Source: Mobula hypostoma
Taxonomy: Eukaryota
Reading direction: 5' to 3'
NCBI RefSeq assembly: GCF_963921235.1
Contig: NC_086097.1
Location: 211,360,001-211,424,000, forward strand
Length of the DNA: 64,000 nucleotides
This document shows positions 38,001-51,264 of this stretch, in pieces; position 1 is the first letter of the stretch, and every line of letters begins with the position of its first letter. The notes beneath the pieces were generated by a model. It did no database searches. It saw only the letters and a program-made list of their open reading frames with translations, and was not told the origin of the DNA. The position numbers were made by a program, and so were the translations under genes.

Positions 38001-38639
38001 CTTCGATGCCTAGTTGGACTCTGTGGTGTGGTGTTTTGCTGGAACCTTCAGGTCTACTCTGAACATGGATACCTGTGCTGACTAACACTGCTCTACCACC
38101 CCATCACAATGCCACCAGCTCCTACAATCTGCAGTGATTTAGGAAAAGTGAACATCTTTCAACTAATCTCCAGCAGTACGTTTTAAGTCATGAAACCTTT
38201 TCTGGATCCACTTGCTCAAACCGCAGAAAAGTATCAATGAAATTTGGAACAAACAAGGAAATGTCTAATAGAAGATCCAATGCAGGAAGTTCCTTGCTTT
38301 AATCTTCCCTATATCTTCTGGACATCTCTGAACAACATCTGCACAAGCTATTATAGATATGGATGTAATGTAAAATGGAAATTAAGTCTTCACAATGTGC
38401 AACTGCCATTAGCCAGAAATGACAAACTCTCTGAATACTGGCACTCCTCACTGCATTGCATGAAGGAGGTTACAAAGTGGTGTACTCTGCCGCCGATATA
38501 AATTTCCATACTTCCTTATGACATAGAATGAGTCCATCTCAGTCTATGTCAGCTCACAAAGCAATTCCATTCCCCCTCTCACTTTTCCTGCTGCTCTCCG
38601 CATTCCCAATAATTTCCCAGGTTTTTCCACTCATCTCTA

Positions 38640-38830
38640 ATTTGGGCCTATTTACAACAGCCAGCTAACCTACCAATCTACACGACTTCAGCATGTGAAA
38701 GAAAACTGGAGCACCTCAAGGGAACCCAATTGGTCACAGGGAGAATATGCAAACTCCATACACTGTCAGAGGTCAGTACTGTACCAGGAGGCAGCAGTTC
38801 TATCGGCACTACCACTAGAGCACCCACACT
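38640..38830 (-). mobile_element. HE1/V-SINE-like SINE
   Basis: Minus strand ggagtttgcatattctccctgtgacc...ggtgctccagttttc (V-domain). Confidence 0.75.
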
Positions 38831-38844
38831 TAAATCCAAACTTA

Positions 38845-39416
38845 CCAGGGGTGATTGATAAGTTTGTGGCCTAACGTAGAAGGAGTCAATTTTAGAAAAC
38901 CTAGCACAATTATTTTTCAACATAGTCCCCTCCTACATTTACGCTCTTAATCCAGCGGTCGTGGAGCATACGGATCTTGGACCGCCAGAAAGTGTCCACA
39001 GCAGGGGTGATTGATAAGTTCATGGCCTAAGGTAGAAGGAGATGAGTTATACAGCTCTCGTTGAGAGATTATGTAGAAAGTTTGAAGTTAATAACTCATC
39101 AGAGGTGATTGATAAGTTTGTGGCCTAAGGTGAAAGGAGGTGAGTTATTAACCAAACTTTCTGCATAATTGCACAAAGAGTTGAACGACACGTGCATGTA
39201 ACGTGAGCTGTATAACTCATATCCTTCTACCGTAGGCCACGAACTTATCAATCACTCCTGCTGTGGACACTTTCTGGAGGTCCAAGATCCACATGCTCCA
39301 CGACCACAGGACTAGTGTGTAAATGTAGGAGGGGACTATGTTGAAAAATAAATGTGCTAGGTTTTCTAAAATTGACTCCTTCTACCTTCGACCAGAAACT
39401 TATCAATCACTCCTCG
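38845..39416. mobile_element. Mariner-derived palindromic MITE
   Basis: TA TSD (38843-44, 39417-18); about 220-bp inverted arms starting C(C/G)AGG(G/A)GTGATTGATAAGTT; each arm carries the mariner transposase C-terminus ..GGDYVEK*. Confidence 0.9.
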
Positions 39417-39689
39417 TATAGTTTTTGCTCTGAAGTTCCACAAACCAATGTAAGAAATGCTGGTGTTCAAAGGGTATCTATATGTAATAGTGAAAGTTAA
39501 TTTTCCATTTGAACTTAGTTTGAAGACAGCAGCTTCTTGCTATTCATTACAGTTCAATGGTGAAAACCATAGCAATTTGCCATTTTTATGAAGTGAAATG
39601 GCACCAGTCAAAAAGCAATTTTTGAAAATACAACGTTATCTGAAATGGATGCAAAGTTTGCAAAAATAACAACCAACATTCACTTTGAT

Positions 39690-41312
39690 AACAATGCCTG
39701 AGGTACCCACCTGCTTCAAGCAAGCTTCAATTATGCTGGTGCCGGAGAAGAACGCGGTATTCTGTCTTAATGACTATTGTCCAGTAGCACTTCCATCCAT
39801 AGTGATGAAGTGTTTTGAGAGGTTTGTGAAACATAACAACTCGTGCCTGAGAGTGACTTGCATCTGCTCCACTATGGTTACCAGAGCAACAGGTCCACAG
39901 CAGGTGCCATCTCATTGGCTCTTCACTTGACCCTGGAACTTCTGAAAAGCAAAGCTGCATACATAAGGATACTCTTTATCGACTACAGCTCAATATTCAA
40001 TATCATCATCCCTTCAAAACTAGTCAATAAGCTCAAGAGCTTGGCCTCAATATCTCTGAAGCACCTTCAATAACTCCAAAAGACTGAAGTAGGGTAAATA
40101 CCGAAAGGCTTTTATTCACAGTAAGATACGACTTCCATGCTGAGGGTCTGCCCCTGGACTGAGGGGGAGGGGCAAGGTGAAATCACCTTTATTCAGGGTC
40201 TGTGGGAGGAGCCACAGGGGCAGTCAGCAGATGGGCATGTCCAGACAGTTAACTCAGTTACAACATATAAATGGTTTACCACAATCTCCTTGTGCAATTG
40301 GATACACAATTTCCTCACTTGCAGACCCTAGTCAGTTTAGATTAGCAACAATATCTCAACCACAATCTCCATCAGCACAGGTGCACCATAAGGCTGTATA
40401 TATAGCCTTCTGCTCAACTCACTTTACATGTATGACTGTGTAGCTAAGCAGAGCTCCAATGCCACATTCAAGTTTGCTGACAACACCTCTGTCATAGGCT
40501 GAGTCAAAGCTGCGGAAGAATCAGCACATAGGAGGGAGACTGAAAATCTGGCTGAGTGGTGCAATAACAACATCCTCTTAATGTCAGCAAGACCAAGGAG
40601 CTGATTATTGACTTTAGGAGAAGGGTCAAGGGGGGAGAGGGTTAGTAACTTTAAATTCCTCAGTGTTATTATTTCAGAAGACCTGCCCTGGGCCCAGCAC
40701 ATGTGCAATTACAAAGAAAGCACAGCAGCGCCTCTAACTCCTTGGGAGTCTGTGGAGATTTGACATGACATCTAAAACTTTGACAAACTTTATAGGTGTG
40801 TGGTGGAGAGCATTTTGACTGACTGATTCACAGGCTGGTAAGGAATGAAGTGTTGTCACAGGAAAGCAGCATTCACCATCAGGGACCCCCGTAGACATGT
40901 TCTCGTCTCTCTGTTGCCATCAGAAAAAAGGCACAGTCCTTTCGCAGAACTCACACCACCAGGTTCAGGAACAATTACTTCCTCTCAACCATTAGGCTCT
41001 TGAACCAAAGGTGATACCTTCACTCAACTTCACTTACCCCATCACTGGAAATGTTCCCACAACCTATGGACTTACTTTCAAGAACACTCCATCTCATGTT
41101 CTCAATATTTATTGCTTATTTATTTTTTTCTGTTTGTATTTGCACAATTTGTTGTCTTTTGCACAGTAGTTGGATTTCCAAGTTGGTGTGGTCTTTAATT
41201 GATTCTATTATGGTTATTATCCTATTAAGGATTTATTGAGTATGCCTGCAAGAAAATTAATCTCAGGGTTGTATATGGTATCACTGATAATAAATTTACT
41301 TTGAACTTCTGA
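39690..41312 (+). mobile_element. Rex1/Babar LINE (RT) interrupted by a solo LTR
   Basis: [34 protein letters not shown]; aagtttgctgacaacac (KFADN, decayed KFADD). Confidence 0.9.
40057..40283 (-). mobile_element. Solo LTR related to the Gypsy element at 58235-62773
   Basis: Same termini (tgaagcacc...tttaccaca) and clear end-to-end similarity; perfect 5-bp TSD ATCTC (40052-56, 40284-88). Confidence 0.95.
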
Positions 41313-42869
41313 ACTTTGAAGTTATGTCTTAATCAATTTGACAACTGTCTACAAATAGTTGTTGAGCGAAATCCTGTACCCTTCCCATTTAAAACACTTT
41401 CCAAATTGCTCATAGAAATCCACCTACATCCATTTTCATTTCTGTCTGGAATAAACTTTGCTTACGCTCAACATTCCAATTTAGGACAAATATTGTTTAT
41501 CTTACAATTTGCTAAGTGCATTTCCCCCAAAGCTTCTACTTAGTTTCTTGAAAAGTTGGCTCCTTCTATTCCCTAAGTAATTGCTTTTCTAGTGGGAAAA
41601 GGAATTAGGTAGATGGCTGCTGAATGTCAATGTCTCTGTCTAGTAATTACCCTCCTGCTCGATCAGAAGATTAGACCTACAATTGCACAGACATAATTGG
41701 ACTGCTTCTCAACTTGAAAGATAAGATGTTGTTGATGTTCTTGCCAATCTAGGCGACTGTATGGCATCCACATTAAACAGTTGTAGATATTTAAACAGGG
41801 TGGTAGCACCAAATGGGAGGGAATCAGCCTGAGACTCAACCCTGATATCAATGCTGATTCGGTCTATTTTCCGGCTACTGGTCAATTCAAATAACTACAC
41901 AACTTGATGAACGTTCCACAAGAAAGACAGTTAATTAAGTTTAAAGCTGTGGAGATCTCGGTTAAACCCAGGGAATAGATAAGGAACAGACTGAAGTAAA
42001 CAATGAGTACTTGTAAGAGTTATGTGGAGGGAGGATGTCATGTTCGTGGCTCAGGGCTTGATACTGGAACTACTGAAATGACTTAACTTCAGGCACTCTA
42101 TGCAAAGTTACATAACCTGTGTAATTGCCCAAATTAGAAAACACGGAAAATAGTAGTAATTAAATTATACTTTGAATTGGATAAAATTTGAAAAGTTGTA
42201 ATACAGTAACAGATAGAATTGGATGATGCAGACAAGTATGAAGTGTGACAAATCAGATGGCCAAAAAATGGAAAGGAATTCAGATTTCATCACTGCCTGA
42301 AGTTTCTTTTAAAATAAAAAATATCAAGCTAATACAAACAGTAAAGGCAATTAAGAGTTGTGTGTGGCATTTAAACAGTAGAATATATCAGGGACAGTGT
42401 AATCAAACTGTACAAGACTCTGGACGAACTGGCCGTGAGGACAATGTTCAATTCCAGTAAACTAAAAAAAAGGGACTCATTTAAATGCTGGAGGCAGGGA
42501 AGATGCTGTGTCAGCAATTAAAAATTATAAGGAAAGAATTGTGTGTTCAAAACAGTTAGCTTCAGTTTTATATGGTTCCAAATTATAAAAGTAATTTAGG
42601 TCAGTAAATCACTAAAATATGGAATCAGGATATGGGAGAACCTGTATACAATTGTTATATCTAAAGTCTATCTGCGGATCAGCAAATACATTCTGGAATA
42701 TGTCAATTACAGCAATGGATGCCTATTGCTTGTCATTTGGCACGTAGTGGGTAACACAGAAATCCTTTATTCTACTAATTATACTAACTACAGTGAAAAA
42801 GCACACCAACATGTTTGGCAGATAAATGAGGAAATAGCAGATTATAATATACTGCAAGGCAATTTATGT

Positions 42870-43035
42870 AGAAAGATAAACAGAGTTGATACTTCAGGTT
42901 CTCGATGCTTTGTTAGACTGTCTTGACAAGCGGACTCAGACCTGAATGATTACTTTGTTTACCTATTCACAGATGCCGCCTTATCTGCAGAGTGTCTCCA
43001 GCACTTTCTGCTTTTATTTTAGATATCCAGCATCG
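42870..43035. mobile_element. Old Penelope-derived pseudo-LTR pair remnant
   Basis: acagatgccgccttatctgcagagtgtctccagcactttctg, preceded by a degenerate inverted piece. Confidence 0.5.
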
Positions 43036-43094
43036 AGACTGAAGTATGAAAGCACAAATGAACTGGTCATTCTTCAAGTTCAATAATAATAATA

Positions 43095-46000
43095 AGACCA
43101 TAAGATCTATTGCAGGAGCAGAATTAGGCCATTTGGCCTATCGAGTCTGCTCTGTCATTTCATCATGGCAGATCCAATTTTCCTCTCAGCCCAAATCTCC
43201 TGCCTTTTCCCTGCATCCTTCATGCTCTGACTAATCAAGAATCTATCAACCTCTGCCTTGAATATACATAAAGACTTAGCCTCCACAGCTGACTGTGGCA
43301 AAAACTCCACAGATTCACCACTCTCTGGCTAAAGAAATTCCTCCTAATCTCTATTCTAAAAGGATGCCCATCTATTCTGAGGCTGTGTCCTCTGATCTTA
43401 GAATCTCCCATCACAAGAAACATCCTCTCCACATCCATTCTGTCAAGGCTTTTCACCATTCAATAGGTTTCAATGAGGTCACCCCTCATTTTTCTGAATT
43501 CCAGTGAATAGAGACCCAAAGCTATCAAACACTTTTCATATGACAAGTCATTCGATCCTGGAATCATTTTCATGAACATTCTTTGAACCCTCTCCAGTTT
43601 CAGCACATCTTTTCTAAGATAAGGGTCACAAAAGTGCTCACAATACTCCATGTAAGGCCTCACCAGTGCTTTATAAAGTCTCAAAATTATATCCTTGCTT
43701 TTATAATGTAGTCCTCTTGCAATGAATGCTAACATTGCATTTGCCTCCTCACTACAGACTCAACCTGAAAATTAACCTTTAGGGAATCCTGCACAAGGAC
43801 TCCCAAGTCCCTTTGCACCTCAGTTTTTTGTATTTTCTCTCCTTTTAGAAAACAATCAACCCTTTCATTTCTTCTACCAATGTGTATGACCACACACTTA
43901 CCAACACTGTATTCTATCTGCCATTTCTTTGCCCATTCTATTAATCTGTCTACGTCCTTCTGTAGCCTCTCTACTTCTTCTAAACTACTTGCCCATCTGT
44001 TTCTTTTCTTCTGCCTCCCTCCTTTCTTGAAGAGTGGAGTGACATTTGCAATTTTCCAGCCTTCTGGAACCATTCCAAAATCTAGTGATTCTTGAAAGAT
44101 CATTTACTAATGCCTCCACAATCTCTTCAGCCATCTCTTTCGGAATCCCGGGGTATACATCATCTGGTCCAAGGGTCTTAACTACTTTCAGACCTTTCAG
44201 CTTCCCAAGAAAGTTCTCTCTAGTAATGGTAATTTCACACATCTCATGAGCTCTGACACCTGGAATTTCCACCATACTGCTAGTGTCTTCCACAGTAAAG
44301 ACTGATGCAAAATACTTATTCAGTTCGTCCACCATTTCCTTGTTCCCCATTACTACCTCTCCAGCATCGTTTTCTAGTGGTCTGATATCTACTCTTGCCT
44401 CTCTGTTACACTTTATGTATCTGAAGAAATTTGGTATCCTCTTTAATATTACTGGCTTGCATACTTTCGTGTTCCATCTTTGCCTTCTTAATGACTTTTT
44501 AGTTGCTTTCTGTTGGGTTTTAAAAGCTTCCCAATCCTCTAACTTCTCACTAATTTTTGCTCTATTATATGCCCTCTCCTTGACTTTCATGTTGGCTTTG
44601 ACTTGTTTTGTTAGCCAAGGTTGTGTCATCTTGCCTTTAGAATACTTCTTCCTCTTTGGGATTTATATATCCTGTGCCTTGTGAATGGCTTCCAGAAATT
44701 CCAGCTATTGTTGCCCTGCTGTTATCCCTGTCAGTGTTCTTTTCCAATCAGCTCTGGCCAACTTCTCTCTCATGCCCCTGTATTTCCCTTTGCTACAATA
44801 TAATACTAACTTTAGCTTCTGCTTCTCAAATTTCAGCCTGAATTTGATCATATTATGGTCAATTTCCTCTCAGGCTTCTTTTACCTTAAGCCTTCTAATC
44901 AAATCTAGTTTATTGCACAACACCCAATGCAGAATAGTTGACCCTTTAGTAGGCTCAATCATGAGCTGCTCTAAAAGGCCACCTTGTAAGTATTTTAGAA
45001 ATTCTCCCTTCTGGAATCCAGCACCAACCTGATTTTCTCAATCTATCTGCATATTGAAATCCCCCATAACTATTGTAACATTGTGTTTTTGGCATACATT
45101 TTCTATTTCCCGTTGTAATTTGTAGGCCACATCCTTTCTACTGTTTGGGGGTCTGTATACAACTCTGATCGGGGTCTTTTTTGACTCTTGCAGTTCCTCA
45201 GCTCTGTCCACAATGATTCAACATCTTCCGACCCCATGTCACCTCTTTCTAATGATTTGATTTCATTTTTTACCAACAGAGCGATGCTGGCCCATCTGCC
45301 TTCCTGCTTGTCTTTTTGATACAAATGTATCCTTGGACATTAAGCTCCCAGGTATAATCTTCTTTCAGCCATGATGCAGTGATGTCTACAACAATGTGCA
45401 ACTGCTACCAGTTCATCTACATTATTCCGTATACTGCACACATTCAAAGAAGCATCTTCAGCCTTGTAGTCATCTTTTTTGATTTTGTCTGCATTTTACA
45501 TTGCAACCCGTCCTGTAGACTGCAATTTTGCCCTATCAATAGCCACTCCTCACTACACATTGTAAACAAGTGGCTTCATCTTTAGCACTATCATCCACCT
45601 TTCCTATGATCCCTCTTGCATTGAAATATACACTAGTCACACTATGTTCAACCTTTTGATTCTTAATGTTATCTGAGCTCTTACCAACATCTGCTTCCAT
45701 AACCTCTTCACTAACTGTTCTGGCACTCTAGTTTAAACCCCACCATGCAGAATCAACAAAACTTCCCACTAGAATCTTGGTCCCCCTCCAGTTCAGGTGG
45801 AAACCATTCCATCTGTACACATCCAACCTGCCCTGGAAGAGAGCCCAATGATCCAAAAATCTTGGGACCTCCCTCCTACACCAACTCCTTAGCCATGTAT
45901 TAAACTGTATAGTCTTCCTAGTTCTAGTCTCATAAGCACGTGGCACTGGAAGCAATCCTGATATCACAACACTGGAGGTCTTGCCCTTTAACATAGCACC

Positions 46001-46100
46001 TAACTCCACGAACTCACTATGCAGAACCTCGTCACTCGTCCTACCCATGTCAATAGTACCTACGTGGACGACGACTTCCGGCTGTTCACCCTCCCATTTA
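43095..46100 (-). mobile_element. CR1 LINE with ORF1 esterase and an internally deleted ORF2
   Basis: EVVVHVGTIDM, VVISGLLPVPR, GFHLN (ORF1 SGNH); APE and ORF2 pieces; RT jumps from ANVTPLFKKGG to LQKDVDRLIEWAKKWQ (deletion at about 43990); (CATAAGA)n tail. Confidence 0.9.
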
Positions 46101-46103
46101 AGA

Positions 46104-46760
46104 ATACTATTCTTGAGTGGCATGGCCTGAAGATTGATGGTGCATGGGATGGTGGCCTGGAGCTACATTTCTGCAAGAATAAGTATGCACCAGTTCTTCA
46201 GCACGTGCTATCAAACGTAATCCAGCTTGTCTTCCATCAGCACCAACAGGAGGGGCCAGGCCCCAACACACCATGGACCCTGGTGCACCTGCCGCGCCTC
46301 TGCTCGCTCCTACACTGCGGCTGGTGTCTCCTCCCCTGGGCCACTGCAACAGGTATGAGGGCCTGACCCCTTGCAACAATCAAGGCCACACAGCTACCCC
46401 ACTGTCAATCCTGCCAATGAACCAATGATCCGAATTTGCAGTATTCTGCATAAGCAATGTCCAACAGGGTGTTGTGATCACAAGAAAGCCGTCTAAGACA
46501 CTCATTTGCACCATTTGTTGGGCCGCCCACCTCCTCCAACATAGCCTTTTTCCCTGGGTACCAGTAGCAGGCGATGATTTGGTACTCAACAAGCCCATAC
46601 TGCAAAGCTCCATTGCTATCCAGTCGGCTAGCCCTGCAGTACTTGGTGCTTATAATATCCAGCAGTGTCGGAGAAAGACAAAAAGGATGAGCAATTACAC
46701 CATTGGTTAGACCTAGAGAGGCGCTGCGACCAAGTGTGTCGCCATCTTACTGGAAGCCAG
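46104..46760 (-). mobile_element. Non-autonomous repeat with an AAGATGGCGAC head
   Basis: gtcgccatctt at about 46738-46748; similarity to 9531-9690. Confidence 0.55.
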
Positions 46761-47672
46761 GAGTATGTTCTTATGGTGAGATTGGTGAAGAATTATTCCC
46801 TGTTAATTGTGCATTAAGTCCAAAAGAGAATCCACAATGTTGCTGAACAATCAGTTTGTGACCCGTGTCCTTAATCAATAAGAATATTGAACTGGGATAA
46901 AAAGAAGGCAACTAATGGAGAAGAAGGAAGGTTAACCAGTGTCTAACCAGGTACAGAAAGGATATTAAATGAGCTGAGTAAGATACAAGGCTCCAATCAT
47001 AAAACAATGAACAATGTGTAAAGAAACTGTACTTTGTTGCTGTAGGAATGTGACTATAATTTAAATGCCTTCCTTTCTGAGCTCGAGATTTTGTGGCACA
47101 CCAGGAACCTAAATTGCCACATTAAAAATAAGTTTGCTTTGAAAAGTAGAACCTTAAGTTTCTTTCTCATTTTATTCTTATCTCTTCATGAAGATCGTGA
47201 ACTTAAGGGAAGCTTAAAGGGGAACTGCCACTTTCAGAACGTTTAAGTTGAAGAAGTAAAAATTGTCCAAGAACCTGTGGAGAATTACAGTGCGCTGCCT
47301 GCTCCTTTCTTGCCCAATGTTTATTATTAGGTAACTTCATTAGCTTGACGGAAAAACTTGATTTGCAGCTCTGAGATCAGTTATCATTTAACATTTGGAC
47401 CAAGACCAAATACCCTGATTCTGCTGAACATTGTCTTTTGTAGATATTAGTTAGATTAGCTTGCAGCTTGATTTGGGTTATGTCATGTCAAATCTTAAAA
47501 ATGAATGTAACTAAATCATCTATCAAGACCCATTCCAGCAAGTGAACCAGATTGTTAAGAACAAATATCAAAGTAGTTCCAAGGATAACAGAACATTTTT
47601 TTATAGCTCAGGATGGATTTCTCTTAGGGAATGTGTCCAAACTCTCCCAGGGAGAAGCAATCAATTCTGCTT

Positions 47673-48372
47673 CAACATCCCCTCTAATTTTTTTTTAATA
47701 GCTGAGCTATTGCTCAGAGCATGAAATTTTTACCTGGCCTGTAAACTGCATGGCACTTTAAGTGTTTTGTTTTTGTGATATGTGTACAATGAATATTCAG
47801 AATGAAAATTGAAAGATCACATACTTTTGAGTTTATGTATTAATTGAAGAATATTATAAAATATAGTATAACAAAGAAAATCTTTCACATTTCATAAACT
47901 TTTTCCTCTTCTGTTATTACAAGTTCATTGTCTATAAACACTGTCCAGATTAATTCGCATCCAGCTGGAAGGTACATCTTAATCCTCATTAGATAATCCA
48001 AATGTTCCACTTCTGGTCTGTTTCTGGATTTACATTTGATCGTGTTCATAAAAAACTGAATCCACATTCACTGTCAGCACTAGAAGCTTGAAATGTTTTA
48101 ACGATGTCAACAAGAATTGACAGTTCTTCAGATTCTTTGTTTCTAAGCAGATAGTTCAACATACAAGTGAAAGACTTAATTGGACCAGCCTTAATTTTCT
48201 CAGAAATGACAAATTTGAATTCACAGTATTGCTGTGATACTTTTGAGGTAAGGCTTTCGTCACAGTTTGTAGTAATAGCTGAGTAAGAAAATCCCAGCTG
48301 CGCAGCAACAAATGCTATGAGCGCGGGAGCATTTCAGTTACTGCGCACCCGCGCAGCTTAGAGGGAACAGTG
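47673..48372 (-). mobile_element. hAT deletion derivative retaining the transposase C-terminal dimerization region
   Basis: Minus translation ...LSILVDIVKTFQASSADSECGFS / MNTIKCKSRNRPEVEHLDYLMRI (hAT S.a.cERgFS..n.iK...RnrL motif). TIR CACTGTTCCCTCTAAG at the right end, degenerate caacatcccctctaa at the left. Confidence 0.8.
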
Positions 48373-49202
48373 TCTGCCTGTCTGCTTCTGCCATAAGGGG
48401 AAAACCTCCAAAGCATGGCTCCATACCTCCAGCTCTGCAAGCTCCTAGAACAGAGCAATGACTACTTCACTCTTGATTTAGCAAGCTTGCTGCAATGAAT
48501 TCTAAAATGTGAAGAAGTGTAAAGAAAGTTGCTAATGGAAGGATCTTTTTTCTTGATGGCTGGATATATGGTGCCCTTTGCAAGTTTTACCAAAGCAAGA
48601 AAATACAGGCAAAATCTGTAAATCTTATTATCTATTCTTCACCAACAGCAAGAAATTTTGCAAAAGGCAATACAGTGGGACTTAATAGGTTGCTCATTTA
48701 GAGTTGCCAAATGCATTGCGGGCTGAATGGTCTTTCCTCCTTACATTATTCTATATATTATTTTGTCAGTGAAAGAATTTTGAATGTTTATAAATATTTT
48801 AGAAAGGCTATCATTTTCCTGCAACAAGCAATACATTGTAATCTAGTTCACATGAAAGCAGGAAAGAGTAAGTACAAAGAATGCATTTCCATTGTGCTGT
48901 TATTAGCATGCTCCAGTGGCATATGAGTTTTTACTGGAATAGCATGAAATAATAAAAGGAACTGGATTTTACTTGTATTATCTCCATGGGCACAGGGCAA
49001 TAAAAATAATATTGCAACCTATTGAGTGTAAGTTGGGAATTAACTAACAGAATTCTTAGATGCAGTTGCACAAAGCTCTCACTTAGTTTTAAAAATGCAA
49101 ATAATGCTCATTGACTCACAGAAGTCTCATGCTGTCAGTAGCTCACCTTATGCAAAACCATCATGTGATCTAACTTTTCATTTAAGAGGAAAATTGGCTG
49201 TT

Positions 49203-49255
49203 TCTCTCTCTCTCTCTCTATCTACCTCTATCTATCTATCTCTATCTATCTATCT
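49203..49255. repeat. (TC)n/(TCTA)n microsatellite
   Basis: Read directly from the sequence. Confidence 0.9.
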
Positions 49256-49344
49256 TTGAATGGATCAAAACTGAGTTAATGTTCAGACATGAACTGATTA
49301 GTGGCAAGTAATATTCTCTCCACTAAAATACCAAGCAAAAACTA

Positions 49345-49810
49345 CCCTGGTCTTACCATCTTCCTTTGACATTCAATGATATGACTATTGCAAAATCCCC
49401 CACAATTCACCACTGACCAGAAACTTAAGCAGACCAACTACAAAAGAACGTTGGGCTTGTGAGATCAGAGAGGGAGACTGTACTTATATTACTGAGGCAA
49501 GTGTCTCACCCCCTGTAACACAAACTCTTCTCATCATCTACAAGTTCAAAGTCAGGAAAGTGATTAAGTACCTTCCATTTTCCCAGATAGATGGAGTCCC
49601 AACAAACTCCTCCCACTCAGGACATCTAACTTGATTGGTATTCTATCCATTTTGAACATTCATTTCCTCCAAACCAGTGCACCGGGGCTGCCATGCGAAC
49701 CATTTTCAAAAAAACACCTTGCCTACTTTGACAGCACCTCCCAACCCTACAACTTTTACAAGAGCAACAGGCACAATGGAACCTGTAAATTTCCCATAGT
49801 GGTACCTGTT
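49345..49810 (+). mobile_element. Ancient CR1/L2-type LINE 3' fragment
   Basis: ctgaccagaaactta..., catctacaagttcaaagtcaggaaagtgattaagtac (IYK..VR...EY-like); highly diverged. Confidence 0.5.
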
Positions 49811-50848
49811 GCTGCACCCTCGTTGATTTTGTGTCTAAGTTCTGAAATCCGTATCCTTCAGAAAATCAGCTGTGATGATTCAAGCTGCTGTTTCAAGAGC
49901 AGTTGGTGGTTGGAGAATGATTTCTGGTCTTGCCTTCATCAGGTCAAAAAATTACACACTTACTGCCCTGTGTTGCTTCCACATCCATTAGGACCTGAAC
50001 ACCTTTGTTTTCATTAGCCCTCCATCCTCTACCTACACCCAGCAACATGGTGCTTTCCCCCACCACTTGTGCTCCCAACTTCTACCCCAACATAAACCAA
50101 CCAAATTCTGGAAACATCTTCAGAAATTTGCATTATTCCGAACCATCACAGTCAAACCAATGCTGCATAATTCTTTGTGCTAGATGTCTCCAATGCTCTC
50201 AGAGACAAGATTATTCTCCATTTCTCCCATTTCTGAACATTCTAGCATGACTCTCCCACCTCCGTCTTACCTTCAAACTTTGAAAGCTTATATGATTAAT
50301 TCTAATGGTGACCCAATGCTCACCAGCCCAATGTTCTCAGACATTTTTCTTGGACATTTTCTCATATTTTACTTTTCCCCTTTCTATGAGATCCCTTAGT
50401 TTTCTCACATCCTGATGTGCTCCTGATTTCCAAGTTCTGCTTTTCTTTGCTCTAACTTATTTAATATCTCACAACCTTTCCTAACAATTGCACACCCAAA
50501 TCCCTCCCATCATATGCAAATCCAAGTGCTTCCAGTATTCCTGTACATTGGTAGTACTACAAAATCCATACCTCCAAGATGCCTATATCCTCAAATTTCT
50601 CCCTCAGATCAGTAATGACCTACACTCCTAAACCATTATAATGGCTCTGCACTTGGCTGCATCCAAGGCTAACTCTTCCACTACACTCAGATCCACAGTT
50701 CCCTTCCTACCCAATTATTCCATAACCTATGAATACCCAGTCCCTGTTTCTCTCATACCCATCAACTCAAATCCTAATTTATCCTAATTGTCCAATTTCA
50801 GCCAATGTTCCAAAATTAAAAGTCTTCCATTTATACTTTTCCCCTGCT

Positions 50849-51115
50849 AACTTACTTATTTCAGACCATCACCCCTAGTGGGGCATAGGTTGCCGACAGT
50901 AGCTAGTAGAGTTCTCTGTCCTGGGCTTGTCTTTCAAGTTGTCCTCTGGTATAGACCATCTTTGAAGATCTTTCCTCTCCCAGGGATGAGGTCCTTGGAG
51001 CTTCTGTTGGCGTTTCTGTAGCTCTGGGTTTTTAAGGTATGATGTTGCTAGCCCTATTGCCAACCCTCCTCCTTTCGTAATCAGGCATGGAACCATGCAT
51101 GGCGGGATTTTCCTT
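50849..51115 (-). mobile_element. RTE-derived short non-autonomous element
   Basis: Minus-strand 3' end translates in pieces to GQLERQAQDR...VGNLCPTRGDGLK* (RTE ORF C-terminus), followed by a (TAAG)n tail; the 5' part (gggttggc...ggctagcaac) resembles RTE 5' regions. Confidence 0.65.
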
Positions 51116-51264
51116 TGCAATTCACTCTTAATTTTGCCACAATTCTCTTTCTTCTGCTTTCATCTTTCTCTTACCAACCAGTCCCTTTTATACTCATCCA
51201 AAGCTATCATAACTCATAATCGTACACAGTGAAAGACCAGGCCAGTTGCACCAATCAGTTCCAT

